Sequence record: NC_019767.1
Length of the DNA: 40,155 bases
Direction: 5' to 3' (one strand)
DNA from: Escherichia phage HK544
This document shows, piece after piece, positions 26,736 to 37,248 of the stretch. A program made the translations under genes and the position numbers. The notes beneath the pieces are model-generated. The model did not search any database. It saw nothing but the letters and a program-made list of their open reading frames with translations, and was not told the origin of the DNA. Every line of letters starts with the position of its first letter. Positions within the stretch are counted from its first letter, which is position 1.

Positions 26736-26813
26736 ACGGATAGTCCTGGTATTGTTCCATCACATCCTGAGGATGCTCTTCGAACTCTTCAAATTCTTCT
26801 TCCATATATCACC

Positions 26814-27140
26814 TCAAATAAGTGGTTTGCTGCCTAATTTCATTTTCTGGCGACCAACACAAGTCACACCCATTTCACTGCGTGGCTTGCTGTACCATGT
26901 GCGCTGATTCTTGCGCTCAATACGCTGCAGGTTGCTTTCAATCTGTTCGTGGTATTCAGCCAGCACCGTAAGGTCTATCGGATTCAGTGCGCTTTCTACT
27001 CGTGATTTCGGTTTGCGATTCAGCGAGAGAATAGGGCGGTTAACTGGCTTTGCGCTTACCCCAACCAACAGGGGATTTGCTGCTTTCCATTGAGCCTGTT
27101 TCTCTGCGCGACGTTCGCGGCGGCGTGTTTGTGCATCCAT
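26814..27140 (-). CDS. N: antitermination protein N
   Basis: 108 aa, MDAQTRRRERRAEKQAQWKAANPLL... Arg-rich motif; near-identical to lambda N as recalled. Confidence 0.9.
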   Translation of the reverse strand: MDAQTRRRERRAEKQAQWKAANPLLVGVSAKPVNRPILSLNRKPKSRVESALNPIDLTVLAEYHEQIESNLQRIERKNQRTWYSKPRSEMGVTCVGRQKMKLGSKPLI

Positions 27141-27408
27141 CTGGATTCTCCTGTCAGTTAGCTTTGGTGGTGTGGTGGCTGGTAGTCTAGCTCCAGCTTG
27201 TTGAGTCTCATTCGGAGGGGTATAACCGGCACCCCAGCGATTTTTCCATGCGACAACGTGCGCGTTATGGCGGCCTTATCGCCCGCGGCTCCCCATCTCG
27301 TCCACGCTATTGCTAGCGTTGGGAGCGCTTCACCGCTCAACAGTAGGTAAGCACTTGCCAGTGACTAGCTGGCTTCACCACACCCCAAAGCCTTCTGCTT
27401 TGAATGCT

Positions 27409-27438
27409 GCCCTTCTTCAGGGCTAAATTTTTAAGAGC
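27409..27438 (-). promoter_or_regulatory. nutL (boxA plus boxB)
   Basis: On the - strand: GCTCTTAAAAATTTA followed by GCCCTGAAGAAGGGC (boxB hairpin), between pL and N. Confidence 0.75.
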
Positions 27439-27479
27439 CTCACCTTCAATGGTGGTTAGTGCGTCCTGCTGATGTGCTC

Positions 27480-27543
27480 AGTATCACCGCCAGTGGTATT
27501 TATGTCAACACCGCCAGAGATAATTTATCACCGCAGATGGTTA
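27480..27543 (-). promoter_or_regulatory. pL promoter with operators OL1-OL3
   Basis: 17-bp operator-like sites TATCACCGCCAGTGGTA, CAACACCGCCAGAGATA and TATCACCGCAGATGGTTA; -35 TTGACA and -10 GATACT on the - strand. Confidence 0.8.
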
Positions 27544-27690
27544 TCTGTATGTTTTTTATATGAATTTATTTTTTGCAGGGGGGCATTGTTTGGTAGGTGA
27601 GAGATCTGAATTGCTATGTTTAGTGAGTTGTATCTATTAATTTTTCAATAAATACAATTGGTTATGTGTTTTGGGGGCGATCGTGAGGCA

Positions 27691-27714
27691 AAGAAAACCC
27701 GGCTCTGTGGCCGG
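27691..27714 (-). terminator. immunity-region terminator (tImm-like) ending the cI operon
   Basis: On the - strand: CCGGC-CACAGA-GCCGG hairpin followed by GTTTTCTT, 11 nt downstream of the 183-aa gene stop. Confidence 0.5.
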
Positions 27715-27724
27715 ATTTGCTAAA

Positions 27725-28276
27725 TTACTGACCTTTCTTAAGGTACAAGTTTATTAGGAAAAATATAGTTGGCATAGCAAGCGAGGCCAGGAGAACCCCG
27801 AGCATCCATACTTTTACATCTGCTATCTTGGTTTCCAAAGCGGAAAATTTAGCTTCAAAGTAGTCAACCGATGGTTTCTTAGATAATGAAGCATCAAAAT
27901 CCAGGCTCTTCTGTAAAAGTACAGCGGTGTCTCTTTTGGCGTCAGTAGAATCAGAAGATATTTTCCGGGTATCCTCTTTAATTCCTGCCATGCTGCTCTT
28001 GATGTGCGCAACTTCAGCTTCAAGAACTGCTAATCGCTTATCCATGTCGTCGCCTCCATCATCACTTGTTGTTTGAATGATCTCAGTATCATCCATCACA
28101 ACCGATGTGACAATCCGTTTTTCTTTATCTGAAGCAGCAACAGAACAAGCTTTCATCAAGAGCGTTGCTTGGCTTGATGCTACAGAAGAAAATTCCAGCC
28201 CTACTGTAGAGCCATTCTTATCAGAGTAAGCAATTACTAGCTTTCCCTCATCCAAAGATGATTGAGCTGCATTCAT
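27725..28276 (-). CDS. novel tail-anchored membrane protein in the rexB position (coiled-coil plus C-terminal TM helix)
   Basis: 183 aa; ATG 6 nt after upstream gene stop; central coiled-coil (KRLAVLEAEVAHIKSSMAGIKEDTRK); C-terminal hydrophobic helix VWMLGVLLASLAMPTIFFLINLYL then KKGQ; not RexB-like in size or topology. Confidence 0.55.
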   Translation of the reverse strand: MNAAQSSLDEGKLVIAYSDKNGSTVGLEFSSVASSQATLLMKACSVAASDKEKRIVTSVVMDDTEIIQTTSDDGGDDMDKRLAVLEAEVAHIKSSMAGIKEDTRKISSDSTDAKRDTAVLLQKSLDFDASLSKKPSVDYFEAKFSALETKIADVKVWMLGVLLASLAMPTIFFLINLYLKKGQ

Positions 28277-28282
28277 CAGCTT

Positions 28283-28564
28283 TTATTCCTCGAACATGCT
28301 TTTCAAGGACTGATAGAAATCGAAGGCCTTCTGTTTACTTAAAGTCACGGACGCAACCTTAGTGCGCTGCATTCCTGCCACTGCGATTTCGCCATTCATA
28401 TGGCCGATGACAGGGGTGCTATTGAGAAAAACGAAGTTAAAAACTTCGTAGCCATTGTTATCCGTTCCGATGGTTACAACCCCATCAGCATTAGTTTCAA
28501 TATAATTTTTGGACTCCAGCACATCATTGATATGTGCTAAGGAAACTTCTTGTTTATCGCTCAC
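28283..28564 (-). CDS. novel small soluble protein in the rexA position
   Basis: 93 aa; GTG start with SD GGAGAA 122 nt downstream of cI; motif GVVTIGTDNNGYEV resembles KLVIAYSDKNGSTV at the N-terminus of the downstream gene. Confidence 0.5.
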   Translation of the reverse strand: MSDKQEVSLAHINDVLESKNYIETNADGVVTIGTDNNGYEVFNFVFLNSTPVIGHMNGEIAVAGMQRTKVASVTLSKQKAFDFYQSLKSMFEE

Positions 28565-28686
28565 TTATGTTCTCCTGAACCAACAAAATAGGTAAAAATC
28601 TTTTCAATTTCATTAGATTAATTTGCATAAAAAGAACAGGGAAAAGTTGGATTACCAGCTATGCGCCGACCAGAACACCTTGCCGA

Positions 28687-29403
<717 letters not shown>

Positions 29404-29410
29404 TTAAATC

Positions 29411-29474
29411 TATCACCGCAAGGGATAAATATCTAACACCGTGCGTGTTGACTATTTTACCTCTGGCGGTGATA
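29411..29474. promoter_or_regulatory. OR3-OR2-OR1 operators with divergent pRM and pR
   Basis: TATCACCGCAAGGGATA (OR3, 29411-29427), TAACACCGTGCGTGTTG (OR2, 29434-29450), TACCTCTGGCGGTGATA (OR1, 29458-29474); pR -35 TTGACT and -10 GATAAT. Confidence 0.85.
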
Positions 29475-29491
29475 ATGGTTGCATGTACTAA

Positions 29492-29701
<210 letters not shown>

Positions 29702-29708
29702 ATAACCC

Positions 29709-29740
29709 CGCTCTTACACATTCCAGCCCTGAAAAAGGGC
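29709..29740 (+). promoter_or_regulatory. nutR (boxA CGCTCTTAC plus boxB GCCCTGAAAAAGGGC)
   Basis: Canonical boxA at 29709-29717 and boxB hairpin at 29726-29740 immediately downstream of cro. Confidence 0.8.
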
Positions 29741-29819
29741 ATCAAATTAAACCACACCTATGGTGTATGCATTTATTTGCATACATTCAATCAATTGTTA
29801 TCTAAGGAAATACTTACAT

Positions 29820-30098
29820 ATGCAACTTACAAGTACTCGCAAGAAAGCGAATGCAATTACAAGCAACATCCTGAATCGAATTGCTGTACGTGGTCAGCGA
29901 AAGGTTGCCGACGCGTTAGGGATTAATGAATCGCAAATTTCTCGATGGAAAGATAGCTTCATCCCAAAAATGGGAATGCTTCTGGCTGTTCTTGAATGGG
30001 GTGTTGAAGACGAGGAGTTGGCAGAACCGGCTAAGAAAGTAGCCAGAATGCTGACAAAAGAAAAAGCCCCGAAGAACGGCGAATTCTTCGAGGCCTGA
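29820..30098 (+). CDS. cII: CII-like transcriptional activator (non-lambda allele)
   Basis: 92 aa from ATG 29820 (SD TAAGGAAA); HTH region SQISRWK...MLLAVLEWGV resembles lambda cII, but N- and C-terminal sequences differ. Confidence 0.7.
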   Translation: MQLTSTRKKANAITSNILNRIAVRGQRKVADALGINESQISRWKDSFIPKMGMLLAVLEWGVEDEELAEPAKKVARMLTKEKAPKNGEFFEA

Positions 30099-30132
30099 TG
30101 TAGAAAGACTGGATCAATCCACAGGAGTAATT

Positions 30133-30294
30133 ATGACAAAACGTCGTAAGAAATACCAGGAAAAAGAAGAGATTCGACACCCTGATTCACCTGAGGGATT
30201 AGTGGTAGCCGCAGCAAATAACAGGGCGTTCGCAGAGCGCCTTGTTGGTGTTTACAGACTAGCCAAAGCAGGAGTGAAACATGGGCGTCGTTAA
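30133..30294 (+). CDS. small basic ORF (53 aa) between cII and the replication gene
   Basis: ATG 30133 with SD CAGGAG; Lys/Arg-rich N-terminus; 3' end overlaps the O-like gene start; below ORF-track cutoff. Confidence 0.3.
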   Translation: MTKRRKKYQEKEEIRHPDSPEGLVVAAANNRAFAERLVGVYRLAKAGVKHGRR

Positions 30295-31102
30295 GTTAGC
30301 TGATTACAGACCTCAACTGGAGGTCGTGGAGCATCGCGTGGCAGATACCGAAGATGGTTTCATGCGCGTTGCTAACGAGATTACCGACAGTCTGCTGATG
30401 GCTGATTTAACCGTCCGGCAGATGAAGGTGATGCTCGCTATCATGCGCAAGACATACGGATTCAATAAGCCGATGGATCGACTCACAAACACGCAGATAG
30501 CAGCCATGACAGGTATTCATCACACTCATGTTTGCGCTGCCAAGCGCCAGCTTATTGAGCGTAAATTCCTCATTGCTGATGGCGTGAAAATCGGAGTGAA
30601 CAAGGTGGTTTCTCAGTGGATTAGCCATGACAGCTTAACATTAGCTAAAACAGCTAATAAAACATTAGCCAAGTCGGCTAATGGGTATAAGCCAAGTCAG
30701 CTAAACACAAAAGACAATATACAAAAGACAATAAATACAAATACCCCCTTACCCCCTAGCGGGGGCGGCGATGGGCAGGTTAAACCTGAACGTCGCAAGG
30801 CAGAACGCATCGACTACGAATCCTTCCTGAACGCCTACAACACCGAAGTCGGTGACAGACTGCCACACGCTGTTGCGGTCAACGAGAAACGCAAACGCCG
30901 CCTGAAGAAAATCATCCCGCAACTGAAAACGCCAAACGTGGACGGTTTCAGAGCGTATGTCAGGGCGTTTGTACATCAGGCCAAGCCGTTTTACTTCGGA
31001 GACAACGACACGGGCTGGACGGCAGATTTTGATTACCTGCTGAGGGAAGACTCGTTAACGGGAGTTCGGGAAGGGAAGTTTGCAGACAGGGGGATTGCAT
31101 GA
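30281..31102 (+). CDS. replication initiator (lambda O-like N-terminal domain)
   Basis: 273 aa; segment [33 protein letters not shown] resembles the lambda O N-terminal region as recalled; internal iteron array; C-terminal half differs from lambda O. Confidence 0.7.
   Translation: MGVVKLADYRPQLEVVEHRVADTEDGFMRVANEITDSLLMADLTVRQMKVMLAIMRKTYGFNKPMDRLTNTQIAAMTGIHHTHVCAAKRQLIERKFLIADGVKIGVNKVVSQWISHDSLTLAKTANKTLAKSANGYKPSQLNTKDNIQKTINTNTPLPPSGGGDGQVKPERRKAERIDYESFLNAYNTEVGDRLPHAVAVNEKRKRRLKKIIPQLKTPNVDGFRAYVRAFVHQAKPFYFGDNDTGWTADFDYLLREDSLTGVREGKFADRGIA
30621..30745. repeat. candidate replication origin: four palindromic 17-18 bp iterons plus AT-rich tract inside the O-like gene
   Basis: TTAGCCATGACAGCTTAA, TTAGCTAAAACAGCTAA, TTAGCCAAGTCGGCTAA and TAAGCCAAGTCAGCTAA at about 20-24 bp spacing, then ACACAAAAGACAATATACAAAAGACAATAAATACAAATAC. 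Confidence 0.5.
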
Positions 31103-32475
31103 AACAGGATATCGAAGCGAGCGTTATCGGTGGCCTGCTGATTGGTGGATTAACACCAACCGCCAGCGACGTTCTGGCAACGCTGGAGCCGGAAGCGTTT
31201 TCAATTCCGCTCTACCGGAAAGCCTTCGAGGTTATCCGCAAGCAGGCGAGAAACAGAAACCTAATCGACGCGCTGATGGTTGCCGAGGCGTGCGGAGAGG
31301 AGCATTTCACGTCAATCCTGATGACCAGCAAAAACTGCCCGAGTGCCGCAAACCTGAAGGGATATGCCGGAATGGTCGCGGATAACTATCACCGTCGTCT
31401 GGTGCTGGAAATCATGGATGAAATGCGTGAACCAATTCAGAGCGGAACCATCGATACATCGAGTCAGGCGATGGACGAGCTTGTAAAGCGTCTCTCAGCC
31501 ATCAGAAAGCCCCGTGACGAGGTTAAACCTGTACGGTTAGGGGAAATCATCACCGACTACACTGACACGCTTGACAGGCGTCTGAGGAACGGAGAAGAGT
31601 CAGATACCCTGAAGACCGGAATCGAAGAACTTGACGCTATCACCGGAGGGATGAACGCGGAAGACCTGGTGATTATCGCCGCTCGTCCTGGTATGGGGAA
31701 AACCGAACTGGCGCTGAAGATTGCCGAAGGTGTTGCAAGCCGTGTTATTCCTGGTTCTGACGTCCGGCGCGGAGTATTGATTTTCTCAATGGAAATGAGC
31801 GCATTGCAGATTGCAGAGCGAAGCATTGCCAACGCCGGGAGGATGTCGGTTAGCGTACTGCGAAATCCTGCATCGATGGATGACGAAGGCTGGGCGCGCG
31901 TTGCTAACGGCATGAATCAGCTTGCGGATTTGGATGTATGGGTAGTCGATGCATCGCGGTTATCGGTCGAAGAAATACGCTCAATCGCAGAACGGCACAA
32001 ACAGGAAAATCCAAACCTGTCACTCATCATGGCGGATTATCTTGGCCTGATTGAGAAGCCGAAAGCAGACCGCAACGACCTCGCAATTGCTCACATCTCA
32101 GGAAGCCTGAAGGCGATGGCGAAAGACCTGAAAACGCCTGTTATCTCCCTGAGTCAGCTTTCACGCGATGTTGAGAAGCGACCAAACAAACGCCCGACAA
32201 ACGCAGATTTGCGTGATTCAGGAAGCATTGAACAGGACGCAGACTCAATCATCATGCTCTATCGGGAAGCGGTATATGACGAGAACAGTAGCGCCGCGCC
32301 ATTTGCTGAAATCATCGTGACGAAAAACCGTTTTGGCTCGCTTGGTACGGTTTACCAGCGGTTCTGTAACGGACACTTTGTTGCATGTGACCAGGATGAA
32401 GCCAGACTGATTTGCACAGCATCAAATGCACCTGCTGCGCGTGGCAGACGATATGCGCAAGGGGCTGACGTATGA
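31099..32475 (+). CDS. replicative DNA helicase (DnaB family)
   Basis: 458 aa; Walker [15 protein letters not shown]; ATGA overlap with the O-like gene; P22-type replication arrangement. Confidence 0.85.
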   Translation: MKQDIEASVIGGLLIGGLTPTASDVLATLEPEAFSIPLYRKAFEVIRKQARNRNLIDALMVAEACGEEHFTSILMTSKNCPSAANLKGYAGMVADNYHRRLVLEIMDEMREPIQSGTIDTSSQAMDELVKRLSAIRKPRDEVKPVRLGEIITDYTDTLDRRLRNGEESDTLKTGIEELDAITGGMNAEDLVIIAARPGMGKTELALKIAEGVASRVIPGSDVRRGVLIFSMEMSALQIAERSIANAGRMSVSVLRNPASMDDEGWARVANGMNQLADLDVWVVDASRLSVEEIRSIAERHKQENPNLSLIMADYLGLIEKPKADRNDLAIAHISGSLKAMAKDLKTPVISLSQLSRDVEKRPNKRPTNADLRDSGSIEQDADSIIMLYREAVYDENSSAAPFAEIIVTKNRFGSLGTVYQRFCNGHFVACDQDEARLICTASNAPAARGRRYAQGADV

Positions 32476-32502
32476 CCATCTACATCACTGAGTTAATAAC
32501 AG

Positions 32503-32530
32503 GGGCTATTTACACAGTAGCCCTTTTTTA
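32503..32530 (+). terminator. intrinsic terminator after the helicase gene
   Basis: GGGCTA-TTTACACAG-TAGCCC hairpin followed by TTTTTTATT. Confidence 0.45.
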
Positions 32531-32556
32531 TTGGATTAAGAACGAGGGGAATCCTG

Positions 32557-32769
32557 ATGGACACCGTTAACGGAATGTGTTCAGACGCACCGCGTGCCAA
32601 GAAATGTAAATGCGGAAAATCACCGACAATATTCGACATGGAGAACGGGTGCCAAATCTACTGCGCTAACCACGCTGCTGTGGCGGCCGCGAATTATCGC
32701 AGTGCGGTAACGGAGTGGAATAACCTGAAATCTGTTAGAGAGGGAAGTCATGAAAAAACTAACCTTTGA
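32557..32769 (+). CDS. small Cys-rich protein (possible zinc-binding), hypothetical
   Basis: 70 aa with a CxC...C...C pattern; located between the helicase and ninB. Confidence 0.35.
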   Translation: MDTVNGMCSDAPRAKKCKCGKSPTIFDMENGCQIYCANHAAVAAANYRSAVTEWNNLKSVREGSHEKTNL

Positions 32770-33190
32770 AATTCGATCCCCAGCACATCAGCAAAACGCT
32801 ATTCACGCGGTACAGAAAATTCTTCCAGACCCAACCAAACCAATCGTAGTAACCATTCAGGAACGCAACCGCAGCTTAGACCAGAATCGAAAGCTTTGGG
32901 CTTGCCTTGGTGACGTCTCTCGTCAGGTTGAATGGCATGGTCGCTGGCTGGATGCAGAAAGCTGGAAGTGTGTGTTTACCGCAGCATTAAAGCAGCAGGA
33001 TGTTGTTCCTAACCTTGCCGGGAATGGCTTTGTTGTAATAGGCCAGTCAACCAGCAGGATGCGTGTAAACGAATTTGCGGAGCTATTAGAGCTTATACAG
33101 GCATTCGGTACAGAGCGTGGCGTTAAGTGGTCAGACGAAGCGAGACTGGCTCTGGAGTGGAAAGCGAGATGGGGAGATCGGGCTGCATGA
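32750..33190 (+). CDS. ninB: NinB recombination protein
   Basis: 146 aa, MKKLTFEIRSPAHQQNAIHAVQ.ILPDPTKPIVVTIQERNRSLDQNRKLWA...; near-identical to lambda NinB as recalled. Confidence 0.9.
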   Translation: MKKLTFEIRSPAHQQNAIHAVQKILPDPTKPIVVTIQERNRSLDQNRKLWACLGDVSRQVEWHGRWLDAESWKCVFTAALKQQDVVPNLAGNGFVVIGQSTSRMRVNEFAELLELIQAFGTERGVKWSDEARLALEWKARWGDRAA

Positions 33191-33714
33191 CTATCAAATC
33201 AAATACGCCAGCACACGACAAGGACTGCTGGCAAACGCCGCTTTGGCTTTTTGATGCACTGGATATTGAGTTTGGATTCTGGCTGGATTCGGCAGCGAGC
33301 GACAAAAATGCTCTGTGTGCTCACTGGCTAACTGAGGCCGACGACGCGCTCAATTCTGAGTGGGTAAGCCACGGTGCAATCTGGAATAACCCACCGTACA
33401 GCAATATTAGGCCGTGGGTGGAAAAAGCCGCTGAGCAGTGCATACAACAGCGACAGACGGTAGTTATGCTTGTGCCAGAGGATATGTCAGTCGGATGGTT
33501 CAGCAAGGCTCTGGAGAGTGTCGACGAAGTTCGCATTATCACTGATGGACGGATTAATTTTATCGAACCATCGACAGGGTTGGAGAAGAAGGGAAACAGC
33601 AAAGGCTCCATGCTGCTGATTTGGCGACCGTTCATCAGTCCTCGACGGATGTTTACTACCGTATCCAAAGCGGCATTGATGGCGATCGGGCAGGGCGTCA
33701 GGAGGGCGGCATGA
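33187..33714 (+). CDS. phage Dam-family DNA N6-adenine methyltransferase
   Basis: 175 aa from ATG 33187 (ATGA overlap with ninB); NPPY catalytic motif in [10 protein letters not shown]. Confidence 0.7.
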   Translation: MTIKSNTPAHDKDCWQTPLWLFDALDIEFGFWLDSAASDKNALCAHWLTEADDALNSEWVSHGAIWNNPPYSNIRPWVEKAAEQCIQQRQTVVMLVPEDMSVGWFSKALESVDEVRIITDGRINFIEPSTGLEKKGNSKGSMLLIWRPFISPRRMFTTVSKAALMAIGQGVRRAA

Positions 33715-33887
33715 GGCGACAGCGACGAAGTTTCACCGACATCATCTGCGAAAACTGCAAATACCTTCCAACGAAACGCACCAGAAATAAACCCAAGCCA
33801 ATCCCAAAAGAATCTGACGTAAAAACCTTCAACTACACGGCTCACCTGTGGGATATCCGGTGGCTAAGACATCGTGCGAGGAAATGA
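33711..33887 (+). CDS. ninE: NinE
   Basis: 58 aa, [53 protein letters not shown]...; matches lambda NinE as recalled; ATGA overlap with the methyltransferase stop. Confidence 0.8.
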   Translation: MRRQRRSFTDIICENCKYLPTKRTRNKPKPIPKESDVKTFNYTAHLWDIRWLRHRARK

Positions 33888-34252
33888 CAATGGATTATTC
33901 ACAGTTAAGTGATTTTGAAATTAACAAGCGAGTGGCAATTTGCTGTGGATTTGCTCCCGAAGATTGCGAAATCGCAAAGTTGGGAACATCAATCGTTGGT
34001 GTTGAGTGGGATGACGAAACTGGTTATGCAATAAAAACGGTTGATTACTGTAAAAGACCATCAGACGCATGGCCGATTATCACTGAAAACAACATCAGCA
34101 TAATTTTAGACAATCCCTCAATGCCGTGCGCTACAGACAACGCAAGGGACTTGTTTGATGATGCCGGACCGAATGTTGGTGTCGCATATGACAATCCACT
34201 CCGTGCCGCCATGATTGTCTTTCTCATGATTCAGGACGCCAATAATGCTTAG
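33884..34252 (+). CDS. nin-region hypothetical protein
   Basis: 122 aa from the ATG overlapping ninE stop; no family recognised. Confidence 0.45.
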   Translation: MTMDYSQLSDFEINKRVAICCGFAPEDCEIAKLGTSIVGVEWDDETGYAIKTVDYCKRPSDAWPIITENNISIILDNPSMPCATDNARDLFDDAGPNVGVAYDNPLRAAMIVFLMIQDANNA

Positions 34253-34421
34253 CCCATCCCAATCCCTTCAATACCAGAAAGAAAGCGTCGAGCGGGCATT
34301 AACGTGCGCTAACTGCGGTCAGAAGCTGCATGTGCTGGAAGTTCACGTGTGTGAGCACTGCTGCGCAGAACTGATGAGCGATCCGAATAGTTCAATGTAC
34401 GAGGAAGAAGACGATGGCTAA
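34245..34421 (+). CDS. ninF: NinF
   Basis: 58 aa, [58 protein letters not shown]; matches lambda NinF as recalled; below ORF-track cutoff; overlaps ninG start. Confidence 0.75.
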   Translation: MLSPSQSLQYQKESVERALTCANCGQKLHVLEVHVCEHCCAELMSDPNSSMYEEEDDG

Positions 34422-35025
34422 ACCAGCGCGAAGACGATGTAAAAACGATGAATGTCGGGAATGGTTTCACCCTGCATTCGCCAATCAGTGGTGGTGCTCT
34501 CCAGAGTGTGGAACCAAGATAGCACTCGAACGACGAAGTAAAGAACGCGAAAAAGCGGAAAAAGCAGCAGAGAAGAAACGACGACGAGAGGAGCAGAAAC
34601 AGAAAGATAAACTTAAGATTCGAAAACTCGCCTTAAAGCCCCGCAGTTACTGGATTAAACAAGCCCAACAAGCCGTAAACGCCTTCATCAGAGAAAGAGA
34701 CCGCGACTTACCATGTATCTCGTGCGGAACGCTCACGTCTGCTCAGTGGGATGCCGGACATTACCGGACAACTGCTGCGGCACCTCAACTCCGATTTGAT
34801 GAACGCAATATTCACAAGCAATGCGTGGTGTGCAACCAGCACAAAAGCGGAAATCTCGTTCCGTATCGCGTCGAACTGATTAATCGCATCGGGCAGGAAG
34901 CAGTAGACGAAATCGAATCAAACCATAACCGCCATCGCTGGACTGTCGAAGAGTGCAGGGCCATCAAGGCGGAGTATCAGCAGAAACTCAAAGACCTGCG
35001 AAATAGCAGAAGTGAGGCCGCATGA
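34414..35025 (+). CDS. ninG: NinG (Rap) recombination endonuclease
   Basis: 203 aa, [33 protein letters not shown]...; near-identical to lambda NinG as recalled. Confidence 0.9.
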   Translation: MAKPARRRCKNDECREWFHPAFANQWWCSPECGTKIALERRSKEREKAEKAAEKKRRREEQKQKDKLKIRKLALKPRSYWIKQAQQAVNAFIRERDRDLPCISCGTLTSAQWDAGHYRTTAAAPQLRFDERNIHKQCVVCNQHKSGNLVPYRVELINRIGQEAVDEIESNHNRHRWTVEECRAIKAEYQQKLKDLRNSRSEAA

Positions 35026-35228
35026 CGTTCTCAGTAAAAACCATTCCAGACATGCTCGTTGAAGCATACGGAAACCAGACAGAAGTAGCACGCAGACTGA
35101 AATGTAGTCGCGGTACGGTCAGAAAATACGTTGATGATAAAGACGGGAAAATGCACGCCATCGTCAACGACGTTCTCATGGTTCATCGCGGATGGAGTGA
35201 AAGAGATGCGCTATTACGAAAAAATTGA
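35022..35228 (+). CDS. ninH: NinH
   Basis: 68 aa, [37 protein letters not shown]...; matches lambda NinH as recalled. Confidence 0.85.
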   Translation: MTFSVKTIPDMLVEAYGNQTEVARRLKCSRGTVRKYVDDKDGKMHAIVNDVLMVHRGWSERDALLRKN

Positions 35229-35871
35229 TGGCAGCAAATACCGAAATATTTGGGTAGTTGGCGATCTGCACGGATGCTACACGAACCTGATGAAAAAACT
35301 GGAGACGATAGGATTCGACACCAAAAAAGACCTGCTTATCTCGGTTGGCGATTTGGTCGATCGCGGTACAGAGAACGTCGAATGCCTGGAATTAATCACA
35401 TTCCCCTGGTTCAGAGCTGTACGTGGAAACCATGAGCAAATGATGATTGATGGCTTATCAGAGCGCGGAAACGTCAATCACTGGATGCTTAATGGCGGTG
35501 GCTGGTTCTTTAATCTCGATTACGACAAAGAAATTCTGGCTAAAGCTCTTGCCCATAAAGCAGATGAACTTCCGTTAATCATCGAACTGGTGAGCAAAGA
35601 TAAAAAATATGTCATCTGCCACGCCGATTATCCTTGTGACGAATACGAGTTTGGAAAGCCAGTTGATCATCAGCAGGTAATCTGGAACCGCGAACGAATC
35701 AGCAACTCACAAGACGGGATCGTGAAAGAAATCAAAGGCGCGGACACGTTCATCTTTGGTCATACGCCAGCAGTGAAACCACTCAAGTTTGCCAACCAGA
35801 TGTATATCGATACCGGCGCAGTGTTCTGCGGAAACCTCACATTGATTCAAGTACAGGGAGAAGGCGCATGA
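35206..35871 (+). CDS. ninI: Ser/Thr protein phosphatase NinI (lambda PPase)
   Basis: 221 aa from MRYYEKIDG; metallophosphatase motifs GDLHG, GDLVDRG, GNHE. Confidence 0.9.
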   Translation: MRYYEKIDGSKYRNIWVVGDLHGCYTNLMKKLETIGFDTKKDLLISVGDLVDRGTENVECLELITFPWFRAVRGNHEQMMIDGLSERGNVNHWMLNGGGWFFNLDYDKEILAKALAHKADELPLIIELVSKDKKYVICHADYPCDEYEFGKPVDHQQVIWNRERISNSQDGIVKEIKGADTFIFGHTPAVKPLKFANQMYIDTGAVFCGNLTLIQVQGEGA

Positions 35872-36491
35872 GACTCGAAAGCGTGGCTAAATTTCATTCG
35901 CCAAAAAGCCCGATGATGAGTGACTCACCACGGGCCACGGCTTCTGACTCTCTTTCTGGTACTGATGTGATGGCTGCTATGGGGATGGCGCAATCACAAG
36001 CCGGATTCGGAATGGCTGCATTCTGCGGTAAGCACGAACTCAGCCAGAACGACAAACAAAAGGCTATCAACTATCTGATGCAATTTGCACACAAGGTATC
36101 GGGGAAATACCGTGGTGTGGCAAAGCTTGAAGGAAATACTAAGGCAAAGGTACTGCAAGTGCTTGCAACATTCGCTTATGCGGATTATTGCCGTAGTGCC
36201 GCGACGCCGGGCGCAAGATGCAGAGATTGTCACGGTACAGGCCGTGCGGTTGATATAGCAAAAACAGAGCAGTGGGGGAGAGTTGTTGAGAAAGAATGCG
36301 GAAGATGCAAAGGCGTCGGCTATTCAAGGATGCCAGCAAGCGCCGCATATCGCGCTGTAACGATGCTAATCCCAAATCTTACTCAACCCACCTGGTCACG
36401 CACTGTTAAGCCGCTGTATGACGCTCTGGTGGTGCAATGCCACAAAGAAGAGTCAATCGCAGACAACATTTTGAATGCGGTCACACGTTAG
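35868..36491 (+). CDS. Q: late antiterminator Q
   Basis: 207 aa, [34 protein letters not shown]...; matches lambda Q as recalled; ATGA overlap with ninI. Confidence 0.95.
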   Translation: MRLESVAKFHSPKSPMMSDSPRATASDSLSGTDVMAAMGMAQSQAGFGMAAFCGKHELSQNDKQKAINYLMQFAHKVSGKYRGVAKLEGNTKAKVLQVLATFAYADYCRSAATPGARCRDCHGTGRAVDIAKTEQWGRVVEKECGRCKGVGYSRMPASAAYRAVTMLIPNLTQPTWSRTVKPLYDALVVQCHKEESIADNILNAVTR

Positions 36492-36534
36492 CAGCATGAT
36501 TGCCACGGATGGCAACATATTAACGGCATGATAT

Positions 36535-36626
36535 TGACTTTTTGAATAAAGTTGGGTAAATTTGACTCAACGATGGATAAATGCACTCGTTAAATAAAGC
36601 CCTGAGTTAATAGCTCGGGGCTTTTT
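36535..36626 (+). promoter_or_regulatory. late promoter pR' with qut region and tR'-like terminator
   Basis: -35 TTGACT (36535-36540), 17-bp spacer, -10 TAAATT (36557-36562); hairpin GCCCTGAG-TTAATAG-CTCGGGGC followed by TTTTT (36599-36626). Confidence 0.7.
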
Positions 36627-36924
36627 GCGTTTTAAGCACGGCCTTTCTGAAAGCACATCAAACCAAATACCAGACAGACCAAAATAATCACCTTATCCGC
36701 TGTGGCTACGGTGCGGTGTGCTTTGCATAAAAGAAAACCAGCTCAATGGCTGGCTTCGTGAAATCGGGTGGCAGGAGGTTGCGCTAACAACCTCATGCCG
36801 TTTTGCCCGTGCATATCGGTCACGAACAAATCTGATTACTAAACACAGTAGCCTGGATTTGTTCTATCAGTAATCGACCTTATTCCTAATTAAATAGAGC
36901 AAATCCCCTTATTGGGGGTAAGAC

Positions 36925-37248
36925 ATGAAGATGCCAGAAAAACATGACCTGTTAGCCGCCATTCTCGCGGCAAAGGAACAAGGCATCGGGGCAATCCTTG
37001 CGTTTGCAATGGCGTACCTTCGCGGCAGATATAATGGCGGTGCGTTTACAAAAACAGTAATCGACGCAACGATGTGCGCCATTATCGCCTGGTTCATTCG
37101 TGACCTTCTCGACTTCGCCGGACTAAGTAGCAATCTCGCTTATATAACGAGCGTGTTCATCGGCTACATCGGTACTGACTCGATTGGTTCGCTTATCAAA
37201 CGCTTCGCTGCTAAAAAAGCCGGAGTAGAAGATGGTGGAAATCAATAA
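36925..37248 (+). CDS. S: holin S (dual-start S107/S105)
   Basis: 107 aa, [32 protein letters not shown]...; Met1-Lys2-Met3 dual-start motif; matches lambda S as recalled. Confidence 0.95.
   Translation: MKMPEKHDLLAAILAAKEQGIGAILAFAMAYLRGRYNGGAFTKTVIDATMCAIIAWFIRDLLDFAGLSSNLAYITSVFIGYIGTDSIGSLIKRFAAKKAGVEDGGNQ

Noticed and set aside
26741-26813. 28-aa acidic micro-ORF between N and ral (ATG at 26805, SD GAGGTG)
   Set aside because: Very short, highly acidic and overlaps the ral start; plausible but too weak to list as a feature without translation evidence.
27725-28564. Expected rexA and rexB genes
   Set aside because: Looked for RexA-sized (about 279 aa) and RexB-like polytopic ORFs between cI and OL; none present. 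The two ORFs found differ in size, sequence and topology, so they are reported as a replacement cassette instead.
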